Shown in pieces: positions 24,201-36,200 of a stretch of 64,000 bases of DNA (position 1 is its first letter; each line of letters starts with the position of its first letter). The notes under the pieces were generated by a model. That model was not told the DNA's origin. It saw only the letters and a program-made list of their open reading frames with translations, and made no database searches. The translations under genes were made by a program, and so were the position numbers. Source of the stretch: Veleropilina oligotropha (taxonomy: Eukaryota); the NCBI GenBank assembly GCA_048128005.1, contig JBEUKZ010000031.1, positions 1 through 64,000 of the forward strand. The letters are read 5' to 3'.

Positions 24201-27200
24201 TACTCAGTTCATCACATGATATAAAATAGCCTGTTAATTGGTTACTTACGCCTACGTCGTCGATATTTATATTGAATGAGAATCACAGTTGTCCGCGACT
24301 GGCCGAAGAGGGCGGGTTTACCCGGGCGACTGGGGTTTCCTCCCGCGATAGCAAGGACATGTCCTGCCTTGAACCTCGATGTTGTAAATATACAGGACAT
24401 TAAGCATCATTCCTCCTCCTCTATATTGAGATTTCATCCAGTTCGATTGGACACAAGTTGGTGGCGTGGTATTACCTCCAGTCATTTAATTTGATACATG
24501 AGAACGTATTAGTTATTTGATATTATTGTAAAACTTGTATTTTACATTAATATACTAAATTCCTTATTACCTTTTAGTTATGAAACTATGTAATGTAATC
24601 CTACTTGTCTGAGAAAAGTGCATTTGCCTAATGACTGCTGTAATACAAGCAGCACTGTTCTATGGTGGTATGGTGGTAAAATTATAATTTTATACATTTC
24701 TTTATTCAATTACAAGTCGGTATGCCATTTCAAACTAATATACTAACGCTGCAAGCAAGTAGGGCCGACAACTACGACTAATGCTGTATGACAAGGTTTT
24801 ATGTGTACACGTTAAAAAGATCAAAGGATATAAATAACTAGAAATGTGTCTACCGACACTGCAGATGCCCCCGGTATATGTTCAAGCCATTGATACTTCT
24901 TCACTATATCTGTTCTTAAACATTATAAAAGGAAACGATGATGTCGTAATTCTATCATTCCGCTGACTGTAAATTTGTATAAAGTGCGCAAAGCATTTGC
25001 ACAGGCATCCCAAAACTTGCGAAACCTTGTTAATTCAAGATTCTGATTCCGCTTCATTACTAAATTACATATACATATTTTCATTCCATATTCGAACTCG
25101 TGATAGTTCATACTCATATATAATAGCATATGAAGTTTGAAGAAGGTGGATATTGATTAACATCGAAAAAGGTAGGTGAGTTTCTTATAGCATGATATCA
25201 GAAATGAAGCTCCAGAGACTATGCTCAAAAACGTAAAAAATGTAGTAAAAATAAATATTTTCATTCAACATTCGAACTCATGATAGTTCATACCTATATA
25301 ATATTATAATAGCTTATGAAGTTTGAAGAAGATGGCTATTGATTAACATCGAAAAAGGTAGGTGAATTTCTTATATGAGATCAGAAATGAAGCTCCAGAG
25401 ACTATGTTCAAAAACGTAAAAATGTAGTAAAAAATAAAATATTTCATTCCATTCGAACTCATGATATTTCGTACTTATATATAATAGCTTATGAAGTTTG
25501 AACAAGATGGCTATTGATTAACATCGAAAAAGTTAAATGAGTTTCTTATAGCATGAGATCAGAAATGTAGCTCCAGAGACTATGTTCAAAAACGTAAGAA
25601 ATGTAGAAAAAATAAATATTTGTATCCAACATTCGAACTCATGATAGTTTATACTTATATATAATAGCTTATGAAGTTTGAAGAAGATGGCTATTGATTA
25701 ACATCGAAAAAGTTAGGTCAGTTTCTTATAGCATGAGATCAGAAATGAAGCTCCGGAGACTATGTTCAAAAACGTAACAAAATGTGGTAAAAAATAATTT
25801 GTTTCATTTAATATTCGAACTCATGATAGTTCATACATATATCTAATAGCTTATCAAGTTTGAATGAGATGGCTATTGATTAACATCGAAAAAGATAGGT
25901 GAGTTTTTCATAGTACGAGATAAGAAATTATGCTCCAGAGACTTTGTCAAAAAGCGTGAAAGATGTGGTAAAAATACATATTTTCATTCAATATTCGAAC
26001 TCCTGATAGTGCAAACTTATATATAATAGCATATGAAGTTTGAAGGTGGCTATTGATTAACATCGAAAAAAATTGGTGAGTTTCTAAAAGCACGAGATCA
26101 GAAATTACGCTCCAGAGACTATGTTCAGAAACGTAAAAAATGTAGTAAAAAATAAATATTTTCTTTCAACATTCGAACTCATGATGGTTCATACTTATAT
26201 ATAATAGCTTATGAAGTTTGAAGAAGATGGCTATTGATTAACATCGAAAAAGGTAGGTGAGTTTTTTATAGCATGAGACCAGAAATGAAGCTTCATAGAC
26301 TAAGTTCAAAAACGTAAAAAAATGTGGTAAAAAATCAATATTTTTATTCAACATTCGAACTCGTGATAGTTCATACATAGAGGATATCGAATCGACCGCG
26401 TGTCCATTTCATACGAGAATTATGAAACGAGTCAGGCACAATTTATGTACCGAGCCTTGGAAACAAGTTTGATATCTTCTTTATCACATTACTTTATTTA
26501 CCTTTAAACTTATTTTATTACGTTTTTAAACTCATTTGTTTACGTTTTTAAACTCATTTCTGTCATTAATTTCAGTCATTAAACGGCCTGTCTCAGACGC
26601 ATCACGCCTCGACAGCACGTGCCACCTAATAAACTTGGCGCCAGATGAAACGACATGGCGTCATGCTCGCCCTCATTTGCATACTTATGAAACGTGTCTT
26701 TTCGTATCGAAATTTATGGAACGGCTTCTACAGTTCCATAAAAGCTTTGTCATGTGATAATTATATCTATTAGCATATTAAATTTGAAGAAGATCGCTCA
26801 TGATTAACATCGAAAAAGATAGGTGACTTCAATCTGTTACGGACGGACGGACACACGGACGGACCAAAAGCATAATGCCCCCTGGCCGACTAATGTCGAG
26901 CCGGGGGCATAATAATCGTATAACATTGTTGCAAATATGAACTCAATGACACGATCACAAATGATGTTTTATTGTCATCATTTAGGTTAAACATATTTTA
27001 TTGCAGATAATTACATGCAAAGGGTTTGGACAAAAATAGTTACAAGTAACTTTATCGAGTGTCCTCACCTGGTATAATTATGTTACAATAATAATGTATA
27101 AAGGTACAAAGATACAAAAAATTTAACAAGCTTATATATATATATACAATATAATTCAATATATTATACATAATTCGAGTAGTAGCTAGTTGCATAATCA

Positions 27201-30200
27201 CAATGAAGTAATGAAATGTAGTTTTGTGAGTGGTTAAGTAGATAGGTAATGCACAGTTGTTTTGGGCTTTTGACTCTACTGTGAATAATTAGATTAGATT
27301 AGATTAATGGAATCTTCTTGTTGTAAGGATATATTTTTGAACTTTATGAAAAATGTCTTTGTTATTTATATGACTCTGATCTTCGTCACCAAAGATGAGC
27401 ATGTTTAAGCAGATATTTGGTATATAACAAAGATCATTGAAAAGGACTTGTCTTTCAACACAGTATAATGGGCATATGTAGAAGTAATGGAAGGAATCTT
27501 CGTTGTGGAAACCACATTCACAGGTTGCATCTGCTATGATATGATTTCTATATAAGTCAGATCTAAGACTGCAACACTTGCACCTAATTGCTCGGTGTAT
27601 AATGTCCAATTTTCTACATGAAGTTGTTGGAAACTTTACTTTGGGTATTTTAGTGGTTATTATAATTTTGAATTCGTTTATTGATTTTTCTCGTCTTATG
27701 ATTAAATTCAGATCGTTCCACATCCTGGTGGAATTGTGAAAGAATGACTTAGTAGTGACATCTAAGCGGCAAAGTTGAACATTAAAGTAATCATTTTTTC
27801 TAAGTTGGAAAAGTTGTTCTATTGCCAACTCTCTCTGGCAGGAGTGCATTGAGGAATTCCGGAGCTTTACCGGATATAATTTTGAAGAGGGTTGTCAGCC
27901 GCTTGTTAGTTCTTCTTATATTAATTTTTCAATATCCGTTTCAATATACAACGTATTGATTGGTGAATACCGCGGCAGTCCAGTTATAACTCACAGAGCT
28001 TCATTTTGTATTAGATCTAACTTTTGACGATCAGTCTGATTCAATCCACCCCAAACATCAGAACCATACTCAAAGATGGGTCGAATAAATGGATGTAGAT
28101 TTTTAGCAACATGTCCTTGTTTAGTAAATATTTCAGTTTCCGCATTGCTGCAACCATCTTGCTATCTGAAGATACAATTTTATTGACATGTGTACTCCAT
28201 TTTGCATTATTGGACAATACAATTCCCAAATGCTTATGTTCGTTCACAAATGGAACATTGGTATGTTGGAATGTAAGGTTGGGGATTTCGGATTTGTAAT
28301 TGGATATTAGAAGTGCCTCGGTTTTGGGGGGATTGAAAGTGACATGCCATAAAGTTGCCCATTTATTGATAGTTTTTAGGTCTGTATTTAAAATTCTTTC
28401 AATCTCGACCGTTTGTTTGTCGTTGTGTATTAACGATGTGACGTCCGCAAATAAAAGATTTGACATTTTCGGTTATATCGTTGATAAAAATTAAAAACAA
28501 AAGATGCCCAAGAACGGAGCCTTGGGGAACACCATAAAACGTTTCCTTTATTGATGATAACTGGTCCAAGATTTTAACTTGCTGAGTTCTTTTGGATATC
28601 TAATGTTCGAGCCATATCAGTAAATTGCCATCCATACCATTTTGCCTTAATTTAAAGATTAAACCCTTGTGCCAAACTTTATCGAAGGTATTTGAGACAT
28701 CGAAAAATATGATGCACGAATCTTGATTTTTTTCTAAAATTTTGTAGATACGGTCAAAAATATCGATTAATTGATAAATTGTTCAGTGACCTGGTAAAAA
28801 ACCGCTTTGGTGTTTATATAGTATTTTGTTATCAAGTATAAAATTATGCATTTGTTTATGAATTATTATCTCCATTATTTTGCCGATGCAACTAAGCAGC
28901 GAGATTGGTCTGTAATTAGAAGGGTCAGATTTTGCACCTTTCTTGTAAATTGGAATAACATTAGCGTGTTTCCAGCTAGATGGAAATACTCCTTCGTAAT
29001 AGATTTATTGAATAAGATTGTAAGTGGTAGTGATATTGTTAGTTTTGTTTCTTTCAATATGCGGTGACCAATGCTGCCAGGTCCAGTTGCTTTGTTCATT
29101 TTCACGGCACCAATGATGTCTTCAACATCTGATCTTGTTATTTATATATTTGATAACCTTTTATTTGTTTTATAATTAATTTCTGGTAATGGTGTATCAG
29201 GTTGCATGCCCGAAATTGACGCGAATAAGTCTTTAAAGCAGTCGGTCTTTTCTTTGTCGGTAAAGGCTTGCATATTTTCAGTTATATTTAGAGGTGGTAT
29301 TTTTGTCTGTCAGTGTTGGTCTTAATTAAGTAATTGATTAGTTTCCAATATGTCTTCGGATTGTTTTTATTGATGTTTATAATATCATCCACGTGTTCGT
29401 TATATTGTATATTTTGCGTTTTAATTAAATTATTGACTTTATTCCTAACTATTTTGTATGAACTCCAGTGACATTTAATGCTTTCTTGTATAAACGATCC
29501 CGTTTTCGAGCTAATTTTCTTATTTCGGAAGAATACCATGGTTTGCCCTTTTCCTGATTGTTATGGTTTTGCGGGGTATGCATTGGCAAGCAGAGGACAT
29601 ATATGTCTCTTCAAATATAGTGACTGCCTCGTCAACAGATTCGCAGTTGCCTAGGAAGCTTGCCCAGTCATGGGTACCAACTAAGTGGTTGAATAGGTTA
29701 TAATCAGCATTTTTTATATCCATATTTCCCTTAAGTAACTAGATGGCGTATTGTATCCAGCTAATAATGTAATAAATGTACCCATATGATCGCTAATGTT
29801 AATATATTGGGTGCCAGAATCAAAGTATGAGTCTTTTGGATCCAATATTTATCTCTTCTGATCTGTCACTGCAAAAGAGTTGCAGTTGTATTTGTTATCC
29901 TGGTGGGTTCTTTAATGATATTTATTAGGTTATAAAAGTTCATTAGATATGATAGGTGCGTACAAGACGGGTTCAGAAGATTGACGTTTAAGTCATCAAC
30001 TAGGACGATGGGAATTGTAGTGTCGATGGTTAATGAGATGGTTTCTTCTAGTTTTGACCAATATGACATCGGTTTATTTGGAGGCCTATATATAGAGCCG
30101 ATTACTAATTTGTGTCTTTTTACGTTTATTTCAAGCCAGATAATTTCAACATCTACAATTTCAAGATCTTCCCTCCTCTTGTATATTATTGACTGCTTAA

Positions 30201-33200
30201 CATACACTGCAACACCTCCTCCGTGATTTGATCTGTCTTTTCTGATTGGTTGGTCAAAATCGTCTAGTTTCATGTGTTCTTTGGTTACGTCATTATTTAA
30301 ATGAGTCTCGGTGAAGCATATTATATCGTAGTCCGATAACACTTGTTCAATGGCTTGAATTTTGGTGAAAAATTGATATGAACGACTGACTAGAAGATAT
30401 ATTCGGGCCTGGGTTTTCGTGAACATCCCCGGATAATAACAGATGTGATTGAAGTAGGAATGCTGGACTAAACCGGGGCATTAACATTGCAAATAACAAT
30501 AGACATGATTGTAACATTACTATCATAGAAGATATAATCAATATCTCTGGGAAGGTTAAACCGTTTGGGTTGCACTGACATTTAATTTCTATATGTCTAT
30601 TAATTTTGTTATGAAATGAACCGATCGCAATCTGCAATAGTGAGCTATTCATTTTAAAACAGTGTGAACATTGCTACTGATGCATAATGATCGGCAGCAT
30701 GTTTCATTTTGTTAAGATATGCATTACTCAAGTATGTGTAAATGTAGACAAAAGACAGCATGAAGTTATCATATAATATAAGCAATAACAAAATTGTCAC
30801 AGCCAGGATGTATATTCAGTTTGGTGTATGTGCTCAGGTTATGTTGTATAGTGCAGTGACGCATGTGCGACGTTTATCGTGTAGTTTTGCCTGCAGTATC
30901 ACTATTTCAGTACAATTAGAGAGGAGTGATATTGTGTAAAAGGGACTTCTTGTGGGAGCGTCGTAGGCAACAATTGGTATAATTTCGTGCATGTTCATTT
31001 CATGCAAGGTTATTTAAGGCTACGACTGGTGGTCAGCTTCGCACTGGGCGGACTTGTTTGGGTACGCCGGTCGGTATATGCCGTATAGCCCGGTCATGTG
31101 GTCGGTATACCGATCGGGGATGCCAATCGTGGAAGCGTTGGAAGGTCGGGATACTCGGTATATGCCGAATCGATGCGCGCGCATATAACTTACACTTCTG
31201 TACAATTTTCCGCCATCTTGTCCCGAATGCGCCGTACTATTTCATTCGGGATACTCGGTACATGCCGAATCGCTGCGCGCGCATATAGCCCGGTCGAAGT
31301 GAGTACAACCGGGAGACAGCCGGTAGGCCTAGGTGCAACTAGGCGCACCGAAACAAGTCCGCCCACTGGTACAGTTATTTTTACAGTGACAGATGCCGTT
31401 TCATAGGCTGTGTGAGGTGAGATTGAAGTGAGGGTGAGATTGTAGCGGTATGCGAGACGTTGCGTTGTAATGCATACGTGTATTGCAGGGGATGTATTGT
31501 TAGTATCATGCCTTTCAGTTCACTGTTTTTATGTCATTAGTTATTATTGTATGTGGTAACACGTATTTTGAGTATTGGGTTAATGGCGTGGAGGGTATAT
31601 TTATCCATGTATTGGTAGATAATGGGGGGAAATTGTCTTAATGTGAAATTGTTATATTTCAGCCTTCGTGCTTGATTAGGTCTAGTTGATGACATAACCG
31701 GCGATAGTCCAGGGGGTTCGTTTCTGTGAAGACTGAACGAGGTACGCGTGGTGTAGCGTCAACGTGTGCGAGTACCGGACTGGTGACTAAAGGTCGTCGC
31801 CAAGAGTGGTTCCGGAAGCGTGCCGAAACATCCCACAAAAGCGTGTAGTGGGAACGCGGTGTAGCGTACGTGGAGAGCCGGCCGCTATCGACACTACCAT
31901 CCGACCGTCAATTTACCATCTACCCAACAGAGTTGTGGACTATCTTAGTATCTACCCAACTGAGAGAGTTGTGGACATTCTTCCCAACAGAGTTGAGGAC
32001 AATCTATCCAACAGAGAGTTGTGGACATTCTAACCAACAGAGTGGTCGACCTATCAACTTCTAGAGATATCTGTTATTGCATAGTATAATAATTATTACC
32101 TCTAGCCAAGGTCATTTTCATATTTTTTTTATAGTTATAATATTGATATATATATAAATTGTTGAACTTGTTGTAGGGGTTGTTATAGGTGTGGGGTGAA
32201 TTTTATGTGGTGTGGTTGGGCAGCGCAACAGACTGTTGAGGAAAGAGTAGTGTGGAGTTGCTGACTGTGGAGTAAAGGAAGGTTGTGGAAAGGTGCGGAC
32301 TGTGTGGGTTGTGGTGAATGAAGTATGCTGACAGATTGGGAGAGTATATTTAGTATGATTAATAGTTTTGTATGTATATATTTTATTGTTTTGAAATTAA
32401 TTAAATATTGTTGCTTGGAAACCTTGTTGGATATTATTCGTCGAATGTGCGGATGGTGACTCACGAGGAGAGTGTGTAAAGGATAGAGGCTTGTTCAAGT
32501 CAATAAGTGAAATGGTCAACATTTAATAATTAATTCGTCGAAAACTTGGAATATGCATATTAACTAGAAAAATACAGGCATAAATAACGGTTGCACTGCG
32601 AGGCTCGGTTTTCTAAACGACTAAGGTCCCAGTCAGGTCACGACTACTGGTCTCAAGACGACAATAACCGAACGATGCAACCGACATAATCATTGCAAAA
32701 ATGTTCACAATTTTAAAATATACGGTTATACTAAATTTGCCATCGTATTTTTAGCATACGTGCATGCCTAGATGTTTGATCACATATTATAGGCTAGTCA
32801 ATTGTATATTGGTATTTTAGCATATTATCTGTTGAATATCTTAAGATTGATGTCATCCTGGATTTCAAAGTGCCTGATTTGGATTTACCCCACGAGTCTG
32901 TAATGTCCGGGTCCACGAGTCGGTAATGTCCGGGTCCACGAGTCGGTAATGTCCGGGTGATTCTTGAGGCGGTTTAACAGCTGTAGATTTCGTTTCGTTA
33001 GGTCGTCTGTTATTACTAGCTTTGTTCCCTTGAGAAGTCTTATGATTGTTGTGATTTCGTCTTTTATTGAGCGTTTTGCAAATTTCACAATTATAGGCTT
33101 TGGGTATTGGGTTAGACGAGACGGAAGGCGATGCGCTGCCACGCTATCTTCTTCTTTGCATTTTATTTTAAATTTCGCATTAACCATTTCGCATACTCTT

Positions 33201-36200
33201 TTGGTGAGATTCTCATCTTGTACATCGGTGATGCCTAAAAGTCGTATATTACTCCTTTTCGAATATTGTTCGTTGCTGTTGCTCATTAGCAGTGGATCTT
33301 TCGCATTCTGTGACGAAGCATTTATGTTTATCATCTGTTCTTTCAAGGTTCGAACTTCTTTCTTTAGGTTGGCGTTTTCTTCTTTGAGTACGTCGAGTCT
33401 GTTCTCGGTTTCTGCTAGGAGTCTGTTCTTGGTTTCTGCTGTCATCAAGTGGATAAATTAGTAAATATATTTTCTTGTTATGCTAATGTATAAAAAGACA
33501 ACTTACCTCACCGCCTTCACATTCCTGGATGGGGCAAGAATCGATTCGGTCATAATTCGTGCACACGTGACACCTTTGGGGGTTCGGAAACATTGAACCA
33601 GCTGAAACAACCATGTTCAACATTGCATTTCAATCTAGATACATTTATTGTCTTTTCCGTGACGAAATAACGAATTCAAAGCTATCGGTTGAGGTGAAAA
33701 TAGAGTAATGTATATAAATGGGTAATGAATTCGTTACAATGCTTCAACATGACTTCAGCAGCAACTGAACACATCGTTTACTACAGGTACATCATGAAAG
33801 AAAAGTAAAGGATCGATGATTAATATCCTGTATATTTCCAACCATCCTTTGGTTCAAATCACGACATGTCCGTATTATCGAGGGGGAAAGTCCGGTCGCA
33901 GGGGGGGGGGGGGAGGGGGGACACGCCATCCACGACCAGTCACGGACAATTGTGATTCATTACATTAACAAATGTGTGATATTCCTTCCGAGGTTTGAAC
34001 CCACTACTGTTCGCGTCAACGGAATAAATTCAGTTATTTTTGGAGCCCACAACCGATACCACACGACTGTCGAAGCGGCCAGGGTGCAGCATGATAGATA
34101 TCAATACTTTCAAATAAATTGATACTCGTCAATGTAAAGTATGTATGTAATCATCAATTATACCTTGACATTGGCCAAATTGAGCATCTGGAACAGCAAA
34201 GATATCTTCACCATTCAAATTAGCGCAGTTAGCAAAGAGGACAAATCCTTTTCGTTGCTTATTCATCCAATCGCGAAGGATCTTCTCTTCGCATCCGCAT
34301 TGAAGAGGATTACCCGTCAAGTGCCTAGACAAATAAATACAGGGTATAAAATAATTATATATCTGCTCTTGTATTTTATATTTCCAAACGAAAAGTAGCC
34401 TACTTATAATGAATAACCAATACTATATAAAAATGTATATTGAAAAGCAGACGAACTGACGACTTTTGCTTTTAATTTAGAACAATGTCGAAATAACACC
34501 AACATTATAATAATTTCTACTGTTCAAACGTTTAAATATGTTGATGTATGATATCATCACACATCCGTGATCACCCGATTATGTCCGCATTTCTAAGGAT
34601 TGGTTGAATAACGTAAGCGTAAATCGTTATTTGCACTTTTGGTATAAAACAATACGCCTGGCATACTTACACTTCCATTAGTTTTGGCATGGACATAAAA
34701 GCATTCTTTGTGAAATGTTGGATATCGTTGTCACTTAAATCGCTACAAAGATACACAATGTCAATCAAAGTACTGTATGAATCGTAAATATATAAAAAAG
34801 TTAACTTGAAGCTGGTTGTCCGCTGGAACATCTCCGGCTGCCATTAAATCAATTGAATAGCAACATCTAACGCACACGCACTATCACTTTACAGTACGCA
34901 TTATAACTAATGCAAATTTTCAGATATGTATATTTAAAAATAAATGCAATGAAACATTTGACATCATATTTGCTTTAAGACAATACATTATGCTCTATCA
35001 TCATATAAAATTTAATTTACTTACAGATTTTGCAGTTTTGGAAGATGCTGGAACATGTCGTCAATGGTAGTAATGGCATTCGCCTTTAAATTCCTGAAGT
35101 ATTCCACAACCAATATAACACAATGAAATAACATTTAAACTAATCATATATGTATAATGCGCAGGTTATCAGTATTGTGAAATAACAAATTGTAACAAGA
35201 TATAAATATGTATATTATAAAATTGGGGAAGTTCAAGTGTCCAAAAGCTGGAATGTCATTCGATTGTTGTTTAAACTAACGTAATGAACTTTTTTTAACC
35301 CAGATTTAAGATGATATATAACATGCAACAGCACGCGTTCCTGTTTCGAGGTTGTTATGGGTGTGAAATTATTCAAATGATGATGGTTGTCTTATTTCCA
35401 TCGCAAAGTTTGGGAAAAAGATAAGCCAGGAAATCATGAAACACATCAACAAAATCTAATGAATTCCATTAACAAGTGACAGACGTATTTCGAATAAAAA
35501 ATTCAAACTTAAAACATCCAAACGTATAATTCAATAAATCGGTTTTAGACTTTCAACTAAATATAAAGAATTTTGGCAAAACATTTCCTTAGACGAAAGA
35601 ATCTTCCATATAGAACTTCCACTGAACTGTCGAGTGTGTTCAGTTTTTATTAAATAATAAATTTCAATAATTTACTACGAATGCCAGTAAATTAATTTTC
35701 TTCACATGCTTTCACTGGAGAATATGTAATAGATAAAAGTCGAAAGACGTTCCATTCTTAAAATATTGGTCCAAAATTTTAAAAATTGGATCGTTTGAGG
35801 TCTATATCTTACTTAAAATATTATTTCCCATTTGAATAATTATATGTGTTCTGTCTTAACATATCGCATCATTATTTAAATATATTATTTAAATTAATGT
35901 GCTCAAACAACATGACTTCAGTATTGACATTAACTTCTATATTAAATTATTCTATTTTCTTGGGCGTCCAATATTTGTATGAATGGTCGCTCTGACCGGC
36001 ACAGGCCAATATGTTGACAATGGAAAACAATGACAGGATTCAATATGTTGACAATAGATAGCAATGGCGCAATTAAGAGGCAAGCAGAAATTTTGCTCCA
36101 CCATATGCCGGTATCTTTTATAATCCAGGTGAACGAACTATATGATATTTCAAAGTCCATGTAATACATCCAGAATGTTAAAAATCCCATTTTAAGCGAT

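Larger units (their letters stand above)
26981..33450 (-). mobile_element. CR1/L2-group LINE, near full length, decayed
   Basis: ORF1 32885-33448; ORF2 fragments 27304-30652 (APE, RT, C-terminal Cys/His cluster); 3' end with AATAAA at about 26995. Confidence 0.9.

Noticed and set aside
24571..24659. Possible extra LU-domain exon (NSAACITAVIRQ...FITKR)
   Set aside because: It ends in phase 2 while the next exon starts in phase 0, and the domain is complete without it.
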